From Rhodobacterales bacterium (GTDB taxonomy: Bacteria; Pseudomonadota; Alphaproteobacteria; Rhodobacterales; Rhodobacteraceae), in assembly GCA_013298675.1 (NCBI GenBank), contig JAAFIJ010000002.1:1-31371 (forward strand): a stretch of 31,371 bases of DNA. Direction: 5' to 3'. Within the stretch, counting starts at the first letter, position 1; the number at the start of each line of letters is the position of its first letter. The notes beneath the pieces were generated by a model. It was not told the origin of the DNA, searched no databases, and was given only the letters and a program-made list of their open reading frames with translations. Shown here in pieces: positions 1 to 13,154 of the stretch. Position numbers and translations under genes: made by a program.

Positions 1-340
1 CGGTAAAGAACGACTCGTCCTTAGCCGCGCCAACATGATAGACGCGCCGACCCACCGCACCCGCATACATTGCAAACTGCGCCGCCTCACCCGAGGTCAC
101 AATATCATCCCAGGCATCATCGGGAACCCCCATGCCCGCCAATTGCGCCGCGATCGCAGCCTTTGGGCGCGGCGCGTTTGTCAGCAAGATCACAGTGCCC
201 CCTTGCGCGCGGTAGGCGCGAAGTGCCGCGACCGCTGCTGGAAACGGCGTTTTGCCGTTGTGCAGGCACCCCCACAGATCACACAAAACCGCATCGTAGC
301 GGTTGGCGATAACCGAAAGGCTGGCGATGATCTGGGTCAT
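1..340 (-). CDS. HAD-superfamily hydrolase, TIGR01459-like (runs off window start)
   Basis: Manual translation from ATG at 340: MTQIIASLSVIANRYDAVLCDLWGCLHNGKTPFPAAVAALRAYRAQGGTVILLTNAPRP...IVTSGEAA. Shows HAD IIA motif I (DxWG) and motif II (LTN). Absent from the ORF track because it is truncated. Confidence 0.85.
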   Translation of the reverse strand, partial: MTQIIASLSVIANRYDAVLCDLWGCLHNGKTPFPAAVAALRAYRAQGGTVILLTNAPRPKAAIAAQLAGMGVPDDAWDDIVTSGEAAQFAMYAGAVGRRVYHVGAAKDESFFT

Positions 341-453
341 TTTGCGTATCCTTGGGACAGGGGCGGCGTTGGTCTCTGTCTAACGAAACCTGTCCCAAAG
401 CAAAAGGGCCAGAGTTGCCCCTGACCCCTTTCGTCCATCTCTCACAGCGAACC

Positions 454-1374
454 TTACATCTTTAGCATCGGGATAATCTGCTTTTTGCGGCTCATGATGC
501 CCGGCAGGACGACCGTGTCGCCACTGACCTTGCAGCCAAATGATGCCTCGGCAATCTGTTTGACCAGATCATTCGGCACCAAGAGCGTCGCCTCTTCATT
601 CAAGATGTCGATGACGAACAGCAACACCTGCTCTGCCCCGTCTTGTGTCGCCACGGCGGGCATGCTGGCCATCAGCGATGCCTTACGGTCCAAAACGACA
701 TTCGGCGAAGTGGTTTCAAGCACTGAAATCCGCAGTTCTTTACCAAGAACCGTGTATTCCTTGGAGTCCATCCGCAACAGTTCCGCGTCGCTAAAGGTCG
801 AGACATCTGACTTGGCCGCGAACATTTGCGCTGCAAGCTCTGGGATCGACACACCCAGATCGGCAGCCAGCTTTTCGGCAACCGCCCGGTCATGCGGCGT
901 GGTGGTTGGGCTGCGAAACTCTAGCGTATCAGACAAGATACAAGTCAGCATCGCACCTTTGATCGCACGCGGCGCGCGGGCCAGATCGTCGCCGATGATG
1001 TCATGCATCACGGTCGCGGTGCAGGCCAAGGGGCGAATGACAACATTAATAGGCGTTTTGGACTTTAGCCCGCCCACCAGCATATGGTGATCGATGATCG
1101 CCATGATTTGCGCATCATTGATCGAGGGCGGCAATTCGGCCGGGTTGTTGGTATCCACAATCACCACGCGGTCATCGGCTGTGACATCGCTGATAATCTG
1201 GGGCTTTGGCAGATCCCAGTGGCGCAACATAAACGCAGCTTCGGTATTGGGTTCGCCCAAAAGTACTGCCTTGGCCGGGGTGCCACGCACTTCGGTCAAA
1301 TACCAGGCCCAAATCAGTGGCGAGCCGGTCGAATCGGTATCAGGGGATTTGTGGCCAAAAACCAAAGTGGTCAT
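454..1374 (-). CDS. ppaC: Mn-dependent (family II) inorganic pyrophosphatase
   Basis: GHKSPDTDS, DHH, ILSDT and C-terminal SRKKQI motifs. Start taken at MTTLVFGH (1374). Confidence 0.95.
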   Translation of the reverse strand: MTTLVFGHKSPDTDSTGSPLIWAWYLTEVRGTPAKAVLLGEPNTEAAFMLRHWDLPKPQIISDVTADDRVVIVDTNNPAELPPSINDAQIMAIIDHHMLVGGLKSKTPINVVIRPLACTATVMHDIIGDDLARAPRAIKGAMLTCILSDTLEFRSPTTTPHDRAVAEKLAADLGVSIPELAAQMFAAKSDVSTFSDAELLRMDSKEYTVLGKELRISVLETTSPNVVLDRKASLMASMPAVATQDGAEQVLLFVIDILNEEATLLVPNDLVKQIAEASFGCKVSGDTVVLPGIMSRKKQIIPMLKM

Positions 1375-1566
1375 GCGTGATACTCTCAATGCGTCGATGT
1401 TCAGCGGTTCTTAAACGACTGGCCGTGAAATGTCACGCCACCGGGACATCGATCCAATGGCATTGCTGCAGCGCGGCAACACGCAGCGCAAAAGCCAAAC
1501 CTTGCCACCGCATCGACACGCGGTTCTGCCCTTTCCTTTTCCGCATTGCCACGTCACTTTGGGGGC

Positions 1567-2022
1567 ATGAGTGAAAATATGCGCCCCCGATTTTGGGAAA
1601 CCATCCCGCTTAAGAAATTGAACGCCTCGGAATGGGAGGCGTTGTGTGACGGCTGCGGCAAATGTTGTCTGAACAAGATAGAATATGAAGACACTGGCGA
1701 GGTGGAATACACCCGCGTTGCGTGCAGACTGCTGGACGGTGAGACCTGCCGTTGCAGCAAATACGAAATTCGCCATCAGTTCGTACCAGATTGTGTGCGC
1801 CTGACACCCAAAACCTTGCCCAAGGTCGCCTATTGGATGCCCAACACTTGCGCCTATAAGCTGCTCTATCAAGGCAAACCCATTCCCGATTGGCACCCCC
1901 TGAACACCGGCGATCCTCAAAGCACCCACAGTTCCGGCAACTCGGTGCGCGGGTTGACCATTCCAGAATTCAGCGTCGAAGAAGATGACTGGGAAGATTA
2001 CCTTTTTGCGGAGAAGCCTTGA
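1567..2022 (+). CDS. YcgN family cysteine-cluster protein (UPF0260)
   Basis: FWE..PL..L...EWEALCDGCGKCCLNK, ACRLLD, CV.LTP, WMPNTCAY pattern. Confidence 0.9.
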   Translation: MSENMRPRFWETIPLKKLNASEWEALCDGCGKCCLNKIEYEDTGEVEYTRVACRLLDGETCRCSKYEIRHQFVPDCVRLTPKTLPKVAYWMPNTCAYKLLYQGKPIPDWHPLNTGDPQSTHSSGNSVRGLTIPEFSVEEDDWEDYLFAEKP

Positions 2023-3053
2023 TGTTTTTTGCCTCAGACAATGGGTCCGGCGTTGCACCCGCGATATTGGCGGCGATGACCCGTGCGAATGACGGATACG
2101 CCCGCGGTTACGGCGCCGATGACGCCATGGTCCGGGTCCGCGACGAGATCAGACGCTTGTTTGAAGCACCCGATGCCGCCGTCTATCTTGTGGCAACAGG
2201 CACAGCCGCCAATGCCTTGGCCATCGCAACCTACTGCCCACCTTGGGGGGCCGTCTTTTGCCACACCACGGCGCATATCGCCGAAGACGAATGCGGGGCG
2301 CCTGAATTTTTCAGCGGTGGCGCAAAGCTGATCTTGGTCGACGGGCCGCACGGAAAGATCGACCCCGAGGCCATGGCGTTAGCTTTGGAAAAAACCGGAT
2401 CTGGCGGGGTTCACGGGGTTCAGCGCGGCATGCTGTCAATCACCACCGTCACCGAAACGGGCACGGTCTATACACCTGCCGAAATCACTGCGCTGACGAC
2501 GCTCGCACGGGCCCAAAACTTGCCTTGCCATCTGGACGGCGCGCGCTTTGCCAATGCGTTGGTCGTCTGTGGTGCCACGCCGGCCGAAATGACGTGGAAA
2601 GCGGGCATCGACGTTGTGTCCTTTGGCGGCACCAAAAATGGCTGCATGGGGGTTGAGGCGGTGATCATCTTTGATCCCGCCAAAGCGTGGGAGTTTGAAC
2701 TGCGGCGCAAGCGTGCCGGGCATCTGTTTTCCAAACACCGCTATCTGTCGGCGCAAATGGAGGGGTATCTGGCCGATGGACTGTGGTTGCAGTTGGCGCG
2801 CAACGCCAATCTGATGGGCGCGCGGCTTGCCACTGGCTTGGCGCAGATCGACCATGTCAGTCTTGTCCACCCTGTCCACGCCAATATGCTGTTCCCAGAA
2901 TGGGCGATTGGCACCCACGCGCGCGCCGAAGCGGCAGGAGCGGTTTATTATCCCTTCCCAGCACCCAAGGGGCGAGAACGCGCGCGTCTGGTTGCATCCT
3001 GGTCGACCACAGAGGCAGATGTTGACGCGCTATTGGCCGTTTTGCGCGGCTAA
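2022..3053 (+). CDS. Low-specificity L-threonine aldolase (beta-eliminating lyase family, PLP)
   Basis: FASDN N-terminus, GTAANAL, HLDGARFANA, SFGGTKNG (PLP lysine). ATG overlaps the upstream TGA. Confidence 0.9.
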   Translation: MFFASDNGSGVAPAILAAMTRANDGYARGYGADDAMVRVRDEIRRLFEAPDAAVYLVATGTAANALAIATYCPPWGAVFCHTTAHIAEDECGAPEFFSGGAKLILVDGPHGKIDPEAMALALEKTGSGGVHGVQRGMLSITTVTETGTVYTPAEITALTTLARAQNLPCHLDGARFANALVVCGATPAEMTWKAGIDVVSFGGTKNGCMGVEAVIIFDPAKAWEFELRRKRAGHLFSKHRYLSAQMEGYLADGLWLQLARNANLMGARLATGLAQIDHVSLVHPVHANMLFPEWAIGTHARAEAAGAVYYPFPAPKGRERARLVASWSTTEADVDALLAVLRG

Positions 3054-3841
3054 CTTGCGTCCAGCTGGGCTTGGACCGCTTGGGCCACGTCTTGTGCATG
3101 GGTAATTGGCGCCATGTGAGCACTGCCTGCAACGGACAGGCGCGTCGCGTATCGTAAACGGCCAGTAAGGTTGGCCATCACCGCATCAATAATCGGCGGG
3201 CTGTTTGCACCTTCAACCAACAACACCGGCACTGTCAGCGCCTCTAGGGCGCCCGCGCGCAAAATCTGCGCCGCATCGTCCAGCAACACCGGATTTTGCG
3301 CCACGATAAGGTGAATGCGGTCGATGATATAGTCACGGGTGCGCGCGGGCAGGCTATCCAGCGTCTCTCCCGTGCCCCAAAATCCATGAAACACCCGCGC
3401 TGCTTCTACCCGGTGACCCGCCTGAACAAGAGCCGAAAACTGCAGATGCTGGGCGCGGAAGTCATCATAGGTTTTGGTGCCCCTTGCTGCAGCAAAAAGC
3501 ACGGGTTCAAACAGCGTCAGGCTGCGCACAAGTTGCGGATGCTCGGCCGCGATCCGCAGGGACACGACACCGCCAAAGGAATGTCCAAAGAGATCAACCG
3601 GGGCTCCGCCGCCAATGAATTGCAATCGGCTAAGCGCCTCATCCGTCGCTTGGCCAATCAAGTCGCTGACCCCGTCCCAATCATATGCCTTGCCGTGACC
3701 TATTTGGTCTGGTGCGGTCACTGTGATGCCGGTCAGATGTTGCGTTAACCCCCTCCAAACGCCGCCGTGGGCGAGGCTGCAGTGAAGTGCCAGAACTGGA
3801 CGAGTACCGCCACAGACCCATCCATGCGGTGGCGCCTGCAT
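3050..3841 (-). CDS. Alpha/beta fold hydrolase
   Basis: LHCSLAHGG oxyanion region, GHSFGG nucleophile elbow, C-terminal HMAP His. Confidence 0.85.
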   Translation of the reverse strand: MQAPPHGWVCGGTRPVLALHCSLAHGGVWRGLTQHLTGITVTAPDQIGHGKAYDWDGVSDLIGQATDEALSRLQFIGGGAPVDLFGHSFGGVVSLRIAAEHPQLVRSLTLFEPVLFAAARGTKTYDDFRAQHLQFSALVQAGHRVEAARVFHGFWGTGETLDSLPARTRDYIIDRIHLIVAQNPVLLDDAAQILRAGALEALTVPVLLVEGANSPPIIDAVMANLTGRLRYATRLSVAGSAHMAPITHAQDVAQAVQAQLDAS

Positions 3842-4449
3842 CAAAGAGACCCTGACAAGTGAAGGTCCAGATCCGCCAGACGGTCCTGACCCCAGAATTT
3901 TTGCGCGCCCACAATATAGAACGGCACGCCAAATACCCCAGCGGCGGCGGCTTGTTCCAAGTTTGAACCATAGGTTTCGGCGGCAGTTAACATTCCCTTG
4001 TCGGCAGTTGCCGCATCAAACCCATGTGCCACAAGAACCGCGCGCACCTCATCATCCTCGGCGATATTGCGGTTTTCGGCCCAAACCGCACGCCCAAAGC
4101 CGTGCACCAGCCCTGCCAAATCGCCGGCAGCACCCTTGGCAACCGCATTTTGCGCTGCAATCACGGCATAAGACGCAGGCGCTGGGTTTGCGGGCCAATA
4201 GGTTGGCCGCGTGTGAAGCGGCAGCCCTAACTTGGACGCTTGGCGTGACAAGTCTTGGGCATACCAGTCCTTGCGCGCATCGGACGCGTCCGTCATCGCG
4301 GTGGACCCCATACGAGCCGCAAGATTTCCGAAATGGACCGGAATATAGCGCACGGATGCATTGTGCCGTTTCGCGATCTCGTCCAACCGCTTGCCCGCAA
4401 GATAGACATAGGGCGAAAGCACCGTGAAATAATAGTCGATATGCGGCAT
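3841..4449 (-). CDS. 2-hydroxychromene-2-carboxylate isomerase / GST-kappa-DsbA family
   Basis: IDYYFTVLSPYVYL N-terminus, GVFGVPFY, FWGQDRL C-terminus. Confidence 0.9.
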   Translation of the reverse strand: MPHIDYYFTVLSPYVYLAGKRLDEIAKRHNASVRYIPVHFGNLAARMGSTAMTDASDARKDWYAQDLSRQASKLGLPLHTRPTYWPANPAPASYAVIAAQNAVAKGAAGDLAGLVHGFGRAVWAENRNIAEDDEVRAVLVAHGFDAATADKGMLTAAETYGSNLEQAAAAGVFGVPFYIVGAQKFWGQDRLADLDLHLSGSL

Positions 4450-4590
4450 TTCCAATTCCTTAGGCAGGGTTCACGGTTTGCAAGACCCTAACCCGGTGAT
4501 AAGCGGTGTCAACGTCACGAATCCGTCACGAGTCCCCCCACGAACCCGTCGGTGCTGCTGCCCTCGGAAGTTGCCAAAGGATCAAAACAG

Positions 4591-5610
4591 ATGGCTGCCA
4601 TCACTGAACCAAAGCTCATTTCGGGCAATGCCAACATGCCACTGGCCAAAGCGATCGCGCGACGCATGTCTATGCACCGTGGCATGTCGGTCAATCTGGT
4701 TGATGCACGGATTGAACGGTTCAACGATCAAGAGATTTTCGTCGAGGTCTATGAGAACGTGCGCGGCGAGGATATGTATATCATCCAGCCCACATCGAAC
4801 CCTGCAAATGACAACCTGATGGAATTGTTGATCATGTCGGATGCGCTGCGCCGCTCTTCCGCTGATCGCATCACCGCGGTAATTCCTTATTTTGGTTACG
4901 CCCGCCAAGACCGCCGCGCCAAGGCCCGCACGCCGATCACCGCGAAACTGGTGGCCAATATGATCGCCGAAGCTGGCATCGACCGCGTCCTGACGCTTGA
5001 TCTGCACGCAGCCCAAATTCAGGGATTTTTCGACATTCCGGTGGACAACCTTTACGCCAGCCCGGTTTTCGCTTTGGACATCGAGCACCATTTCAAAGGC
5101 GCTATGGACGATATCATGGTCGTGTCGCCCGACGTTGGCGGTGTGGCCCGCGCGCGTGAACTGGCCAAGCGCATCAACGCGCCGCTATCGATCGTCGATA
5201 AACGCCGTGAAAAGGCAGGCGAGATCGCAGAGATGACAGTCATCGGCAATGTCGCGGGCAAGAAATGTATCATCGTGGACGACATCTGTGATACCGCAGG
5301 CACGCTGTGCAAGGCCGCCGAAGTGTTGATCGAAAACGGCGCAACTGAGGTGCATTCCTATATCACCCACGGTGTTTTGTCGGGTCCAGCTGTCGAACGC
5401 GTCACCAATTCGGTGATGAAATCGCTGGTCATCACCGACTCTATTGAACCATCGGAAGCGGTAAAATCCTGCCCGAACATCCGCATCGTTCCCACTGCCC
5501 CGATCTTTGCCCAAGCCATTTTGAACATCTGGGGCGGCATGTCGGTGTCGTCCTTGTTTGAAACAGAGACTTTGGTACCGATTTATGAAGGCATGTATCA
5601 GCGCGAGTGA
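4591..5610 (+). CDS. prs: Ribose-phosphate pyrophosphokinase
   Basis: [53 protein letters not shown]. Confidence 0.97.
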   Translation: MAAITEPKLISGNANMPLAKAIARRMSMHRGMSVNLVDARIERFNDQEIFVEVYENVRGEDMYIIQPTSNPANDNLMELLIMSDALRRSSADRITAVIPYFGYARQDRRAKARTPITAKLVANMIAEAGIDRVLTLDLHAAQIQGFFDIPVDNLYASPVFALDIEHHFKGAMDDIMVVSPDVGGVARARELAKRINAPLSIVDKRREKAGEIAEMTVIGNVAGKKCIIVDDICDTAGTLCKAAEVLIENGATEVHSYITHGVLSGPAVERVTNSVMKSLVITDSIEPSEAVKSCPNIRIVPTAPIFAQAILNIWGGMSVSSLFETETLVPIYEGMYQRE

Positions 5611-5701
5611 TCAGGAGCCCAAAACGGAGCCCTTTAACACCGCCAAGCATTGCCACTGGCAGGAGCGAACATGAACTTGCCGTCGTGGCGTCTGGCCTGT
5701 C

Positions 5702-6052
5702 TTAGCTGACATCCCAGTTGTCATCGCTGTTTGCGGCCCCGATCGCCATCCAATCAGCGCGCACCCGTGCGACACGGGTGTCGCCCCAAGTGCGAAACAC
5801 CAGTTGAAATCCCGACACAGTGATCCCTTCAGCGGAAAGGTCGACCCGCGCGTTGTGCTTATTGTCGGTGTCCCACATGCTCATTGAAACCATCACTGAC
5901 GGTACAGCGCTAAATGCTTCTTTGAACTTGATCACATGACGGCTTTCACGCTCGCCTTGTGATGTCCACATCGCCCCGCCATCCGCAAAATCAGAAAACA
6001 GGACACGCGTGCCCTGTTCAATTCCGACTGCCGATGCGTCAATTTTTTTCAT
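5702..6052 (-). CDS. H-type lectin domain protein
   Basis: F...P.V.VS.S.WD......R.DL.A..IT..GF.L.F.TWGDT.V......WMAIG pattern typical of the H_lectin domain. Confidence 0.8.
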   Translation of the reverse strand: MKKIDASAVGIEQGTRVLFSDFADGGAMWTSQGERESRHVIKFKEAFSAVPSVMVSMSMWDTDNKHNARVDLSAEGITVSGFQLVFRTWGDTRVARVRADWMAIGAANSDDNWDVS

Positions 6053-6116
6053 GCAAAACATTCCTTAGCGGGAATTGATCTCACAAAAAACAGGCAAAAA
6101 TGCGACCCAAATAGAA

Positions 6117-6138
6117 AAGGCCCCGTTTCCGGGGCCTT
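6117..6138 (-). terminator. Rho-independent terminator of atpHAGDC
   Basis: On the minus strand, GGCCCCG-GAAA-CGGGGCC followed by TTTT, about 20 nt after the atpC stop. Confidence 0.85.
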
Positions 6139-6157
6139 AGATGGGATCGCCATACGA

Positions 6158-6550
6158 TCAGAACCCTGCGGCTGTCCGCATTGCAAGCAAATCAGCCACT
6201 GCTTTGTCGGCACTGTCCTTGTCCGAATTCACAGCTGCGGCTGCACTGGCATCCGCAATCAATGCATCCATCGACGACTGCGTAATCTCTTCTTGCGGAA
6301 CAGCGCGTTCTGCCAAAACAGACACACCCGCCGCCGTGATTTCGGCAAAACCACCGGTCACGACATAGGATTTCGTACCTTCAGCCGAGATGATCCTCAG
6401 CACACCCGGGCGCAACGTCGTGATGGTGGGCGCATGGCCCTCCATCACTGTCAGGTCGCCATCAGCGCCTGGAATCTGCACCTCGGAGGCCGAGAGCGAG
6501 GCTAGCCTGCGCTCTGGGCTTACGAGGTCGAATTGCAGAGATCCTGCCAT
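6158..6550 (-). CDS. atpC: F1 ATP synthase epsilon subunit
   Basis: [38 protein letters not shown]. Confidence 0.97.
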   Translation of the reverse strand: MAGSLQFDLVSPERRLASLSASEVQIPGADGDLTVMEGHAPTITTLRPGVLRIISAEGTKSYVVTGGFAEITAAGVSVLAERAVPQEEITQSSMDALIADASAAAAVNSDKDSADKAVADLLAMRTAAGF

Positions 6551-6559
6551 GATGCCCCC

Positions 6560-8886
<2,327 letters not shown>

Positions 8887-8909
8887 GCGTTATCTCCCCT
8901 GCCCCGCCG

Positions 8910-10448
8910 TTAGGCGAAGTCTTTCACAAACGCTGCGATTTCGGCCTTGATGGCTTTCTCCAGATCGCCCGAAACCTTACGGTCGTTCTTGGTGATGTCT
9001 TCCAACAAAGCGTTGCCGGTGGTGCGCAGGTGCTTCAACAGACCTTCTTCGAAACGGCCCACGTCCTTAACCGCAACCTTGTCCAACGCGCCCGACGTAC
9101 CTGCATAAATCACGCAGACGATTTCGGCATTCGTTAGCGGCGCATACTGTGGCTGCTTCATCAATTCAGTCAGACGCGCGCCACGGTTCAGCAGCGCTTG
9201 GGTTGACGCGTCAAGGTCGGAACCAAACTGCGCAAAGGCCGCCATTTCGCGGTACTGAGCAAGTTCAAGTTTAACCTTACCAGCAACCGACTTCATTGCG
9301 TTGGTTTGTGCAGACGAACCCACACGCGAAACCGACAGACCGGTGTTCACAGCAGGGCGGATGCCCTGGTAGAACAATTCGGTTTCAAGGAAGATCTGAC
9401 CGTCGGTGATCGAGATCACGTTGGTCGGAATAAACGCCGAAACGTCACCGCCTTGGGTTTCAATGATCGGCAGAGCGGTCAACGAACCCGAACCGAAATC
9501 GGCGTTCAACTTGGAAGAACGCTCTAGCAAACGGCTGTGGAGATAGAAAACGTCGCCAGGATAGGCTTCGCGGCCTGGTGGGCGGCGCAAAAGCAACGAC
9601 ATCTGGCGGTATGCAACAGCCTGCTTGGACAAGTCATCATAGATGATCAGGGCGTGGCGGCCGTTGTCGCGGAAGAATTCTGCCATCGAGGTCGCGGCAT
9701 AAGGTGCGAGGAACTGAAGCGGTGCTGGGTCGGATGCGGTTGCAGCCACAACGATCGTGTACTTGATCGCGCCCGACTCTTCCAACTTCTTCACCAACTG
9801 CGCCACGGTCGAACGTTTTTGACCGATCGCCACATAGATGCAGTACAGTTTCTTGCCTTCATCGTCGCCAGCGGCTTCGTTGTAGGATTTTTGGTTCAGA
9901 ATGGTGTCCAAAGCCACGGCAGTTTTGCCGGTCTGGCGGTCACCGATGATCAATTCGCGCTGGCCACGGCCAACAGGGATCATCGCGTCAACGGCCTTTA
10001 GGCCCGTCGCCATCGGCTCATGCACCGATTTACGCGGAATGATGCCCGGCGCTTTGACGTCTGCCTGGCGACGCTCGGTCGACACAATCGGGCCTTTGCC
10101 GTCGATTGGGTTGCCAAGACCGTCAACAACGCGGCCCAGCAGGCCGTTGCCAACTGGAACGTCAACGATGGATTTGGTGCGCTTAACAACGTCACCTTCT
10201 TTGATGTCCTGGTCCGAACCAAAGATAACGATACCGACGTTATCTACTTCAAGGTTCAAAGCCATCCCGCGGATACCGCCGGGGAATTCCACCATTTCAC
10301 CAGCTTGGACATTGTCCAACCCGTGAACGCGGGCGATGCCGTCACCGACGGACAGCACGCGACCAACTTCGGCGACTTGTGCGTCCTTACCAAAGTTCTT
10401 GATCTGATCCTTAAGGATCGCAGAGATCTCAGCAGCCTGAATTCCCAT
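8910..10448 (-). CDS. atpA: F1 ATP synthase alpha subunit
   Basis: [40 protein letters not shown]. Confidence 0.99.
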   Translation of the reverse strand: MGIQAAEISAILKDQIKNFGKDAQVAEVGRVLSVGDGIARVHGLDNVQAGEMVEFPGGIRGMALNLEVDNVGIVIFGSDQDIKEGDVVKRTKSIVDVPVGNGLLGRVVDGLGNPIDGKGPIVSTERRQADVKAPGIIPRKSVHEPMATGLKAVDAMIPVGRGQRELIIGDRQTGKTAVALDTILNQKSYNEAAGDDEGKKLYCIYVAIGQKRSTVAQLVKKLEESGAIKYTIVVAATASDPAPLQFLAPYAATSMAEFFRDNGRHALIIYDDLSKQAVAYRQMSLLLRRPPGREAYPGDVFYLHSRLLERSSKLNADFGSGSLTALPIIETQGGDVSAFIPTNVISITDGQIFLETELFYQGIRPAVNTGLSVSRVGSSAQTNAMKSVAGKVKLELAQYREMAAFAQFGSDLDASTQALLNRGARLTELMKQPQYAPLTNAEIVCVIYAGTSGALDKVAVKDVGRFEEGLLKHLRTTGNALLEDITKNDRKVSGDLEKAIKAEIAAFVKDFA

Positions 10449-11008
10449 CACCCAACCTCTTTCATTGCATTCTGGAGAGCTGCGAGCTTGGACTTGACCG
10501 AAGTGTCGATCATGACCGAGCCGAGCTTTACGATAAGACCGCCGATAAGGGATTCATCAACGGAGGTGTTCAATTTCACGTCTTTGCCAACGCTGGCTTT
10601 CAGCGTGGCGGCAAGTTTCTTGGACTGCGCAGCAGACAAGGCAGAAGCGGCAACGACATCAGCCGTCATCTCGCCCTTTTCGTCGGCGATCCGCATTTTC
10701 AGGTTGGCCACAAGTTGCGGCACAACAAACAACCGCCGCTTTGACGCCATCAAGGCCAAAGTGTTGGCGCTTAGCGCTGAAAGACCCATCTTGGCCGCAA
10801 TCGCCGCAATCGCCGCCGCTTGTTCGTCGCGACCAACAATCGGCGACGCGATCATTTCCGACAACTCTGGGGACGCTTTCAGGGCTGCCTCAATCGCGTT
10901 GGCGTCGGCTTCAAGCGAAGCCACGGCATTTTCGTCTTTGGCTAATTCAAACATGGCCTGCGCGTAACGCGAGGCTATGCCTAGAGAGATCGAAGCTGGC
11001 TCGGACAC
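10448..11008 (-). CDS. atpH: F1 ATP synthase delta subunit
   Basis: [43 protein letters not shown] start at 11008 follows a GGAAGGG RBS; the upstream ORF extension in the track is not credible. Confidence 0.96.
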   Translation of the reverse strand: MSEPASISLGIASRYAQAMFELAKDENAVASLEADANAIEAALKASPELSEMIASPIVGRDEQAAAIAAIAAKMGLSALSANTLALMASKRRLFVVPQLVANLKMRIADEKGEMTADVVAASALSAAQSKKLAATLKASVGKDVKLNTSVDESLIGGLIVKLGSVMIDTSVKSKLAALQNAMKEVG

Positions 11009-11105
11009 GTCATCCCTTCCGCTGTCTAAGACCCCACGAACGCCTCGGTTGGAAACATCCCAACTGGGGCGCAAGCAAGGTGCATGCGTCTGTCGATTTT
11101 GGGCG

Positions 11106-11134
11106 TCTCTAGCAGAGCGTTCGCAACCCCGCAA
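11106..11134 (-). promoter_or_regulatory. Putative sigma70 promoter of atpHAGDC
   Basis: Minus strand TTGCGG-N17-TAGAGA (with TGC before -10), about 100 nt upstream of atpH. Matches the loose alphaproteobacterial housekeeping consensus. Confidence 0.45.
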
Positions 11135-11383
11135 CAGGGTTGGGCCGGATATTTTGGTCCAGCCTCGCGCTTTTGTCTTGATGGTCGAATTCAAGCGCCC
11201 CGGAGTGTGAAAAACCGTGGCAGATCGCAAAGATCAGCAGCAATGCCGCCACAGTCCTTCGCGCGAGTCTGCATGAAACAGGCGCAACGGCTTGTCCGGC
11301 ACAGATAGAGCCCACGCCGCATTGTTTCTGATTCTACTGCTAATACGTTCGCGAGAGTTTTTGCGCAGTCTTTTTGCCAAGCC

Positions 11384-12142
11384 TTAAGGCCCGTGTTTGG
11401 CAGTTGGGCTTGGCACCGGCTGTCCCATGCCTTCCAAAACGCGCATTGGCCGCTTGACGACCGCGCCAAGCCCCCCTCGGGTCGGCGCATAGACCTGCTT
11501 TGACACCTCGATCATCAAAACCCCACCCGACAACCAAGGGAGCCTGCGTCCTGCTTGTTCCCAAAAGTTTGAGGTGCGCAGCCAGAATGGCGCTTGGCTT
11601 GGTGGGACATGCAGCACCGTGACGTTTCGTTCCGGCGTAAAACCAAACGATCGCAGCTGCGTCTCAAGTTGACGCGCCGAATAGGGACGGCCAAAGCCAA
11701 AGGGCGTCGCGTCGCTACGCGACCACAGGCCAACCCGGTTTGGCACCACAAACAGTGCTTTGCCGCCGGGGCCCAACACGCGGTGGGCCTCTTCCAAAAC
11801 CGCTCCAGGATTCTCGGATGTTTCCAAACCATGCATCACCGCCAAGCGGTCAACCATCCCCGTCGGCAGCGGCCAGCTGGTTTCCTCACACAAAACCGAA
11901 ACGTTATCCATGCCGGCGGGCCAAGGCATCACCCCTTGCGGTCCCGGCATCAGCCCCACAACCCGCCGCGAAGTTTCCAGATAAGGACGCAACAAAGGCA
12001 CCGCAAAACCAAACCCTGCGACAGTATGCCCCACCATCGGCGCCCACATTTCCAACATGCGGTCGCGGATCGCGCGCTGCGCCACCCGGCCCAATTGGGT
12101 GCGGTAATAGAAATTCCGAAGATCCTGCACATCAAGATGCAT
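11384..12142 (-). CDS. Class I SAM-dependent methyltransferase-like protein (YafS-like, divergent from gloB)
   Basis: [58 protein letters not shown]. Confidence 0.88.
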   Translation of the reverse strand: MHLDVQDLRNFYYRTQLGRVAQRAIRDRMLEMWAPMVGHTVAGFGFAVPLLRPYLETSRRVVGLMPGPQGVMPWPAGMDNVSVLCEETSWPLPTGMVDRLAVMHGLETSENPGAVLEEAHRVLGPGGKALFVVPNRVGLWSRSDATPFGFGRPYSARQLETQLRSFGFTPERNVTVLHVPPSQAPFWLRTSNFWEQAGRRLPWLSGGVLMIEVSKQVYAPTRGGLGAVVKRPMRVLEGMGQPVPSPTAKHGP

Positions 12143-12206
12143 TGTGGTCCCAGCGTTTGGCGGTCTAGTCTAAAGGTGCACAATAGCGAAGCTGGGGGCA
12201 AAGACC

Positions 12207-12974
12207 ATGGCGCTTGAACTCGTGACGATCCCTTGCCTTGCGGATAACTATGCTTATTTGATCCATGACCCGGTCAGCGGCCGAACCGCCGTCGTCGATG
12301 TGCCAGAGACAGCACCGATCTTGCGCGAACTGACGTTTCGCGAGTGGACGTTAAGCGATATATTTTTGACCCATCATCATGATGATCACATCCTTGGTGT
12401 AGCCGAACTGCGCCGCATAACCGGAGCACGTGTCTGGGGCGCGGGAGCCGACCGGCACCGGCTGCCCCGGTTGGATGAGGTTCTGGGGGCGGGCGACGAA
12501 ATAAACTTTGGCACCGATACTGGCATCGTCATAGATGTGCCCGGCCACACCTTGGGCCATATCGCCTTTTACTTTGCAAAAGCCGGGCTTGCCTTTACCG
12601 GTGACAGCCTGATGGCAGGCGGCTGCGGTCGTTTGTTTGAAGGTGGACCAGATCAGATGTGGGCCACCCTGACAAAATTGGCTGCATTGCCGCCGGAAAC
12701 GCTTATATGTTCAGGCCATGAATACACCGCCTCAAACCTGCGTTTTGCCGCGAGTATAGAGCCCGAGAACCCCGCGATCATGGCGCGGATCATGCGCGTG
12801 GCAAAAGCCCGCGCCGAGGGCCGCGCCACAGTGCCGTCCCGCCTGATGGGTGAATTGCAAACAAATCCGTTTTTGCGCGCAGGCGAACCTGCTGTCAAAG
12901 CCGCTGTCGGTCTGGACGATGCCGCCGACGCCGTGGTTTTTGCCGAATTGCGGGCCCGCAAAGACAGGTTCTAG
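12207..12974 (+). CDS. gloB: Hydroxyacylglutathione hydrolase (glyoxalase II)
   Basis: DNYAYL, THHHDDHILG, PGHTLGHI, FTGDSLMAGGCGRLFEG, CSGHEYT, TNPFLR. Confidence 0.96.
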   Translation: MALELVTIPCLADNYAYLIHDPVSGRTAVVDVPETAPILRELTFREWTLSDIFLTHHHDDHILGVAELRRITGARVWGAGADRHRLPRLDEVLGAGDEINFGTDTGIVIDVPGHTLGHIAFYFAKAGLAFTGDSLMAGGCGRLFEGGPDQMWATLTKLAALPPETLICSGHEYTASNLRFAASIEPENPAIMARIMRVAKARAEGRATVPSRLMGELQTNPFLRAGEPAVKAAVGLDDAADAVVFAELRARKDRF

Positions 12975-13154
12975 GTCCCCACGCCAGCGACTTGCCTCAC
13001 AATCAATCACTTTTGTCGTGAACGACCCACTGATTTCGATCAAGTTTCGTTTTAGGCCTTGAAACCGCCAGAATAAAACCGATCCTTAACTCTATGAGGC
13101 CATGGTCGTAACGGGTCACTCACCCGTCCGACCCGCAGGACAGGAGCACAAAAC

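Noticed and set aside
11109-11315. 68-aa ORF with a hydrophobic stretch ([16 protein letters not shown]) upstream of atpH
   Set aside because: No convincing RBS or start, and it runs into the probable atp promoter. Treated as non-coding.
11384-12974. Divergent methyltransferase-gloB pair
   Set aside because: A widely conserved arrangement (yafS/gloB in E. coli), so not novel.
12975-13154. No clpS upstream of clpA; possible RpoH promoter (CTTGAA at about 13058)
   Set aside because: To my knowledge a separate clpS is usual in this family. The -10 element does not match well enough to call.
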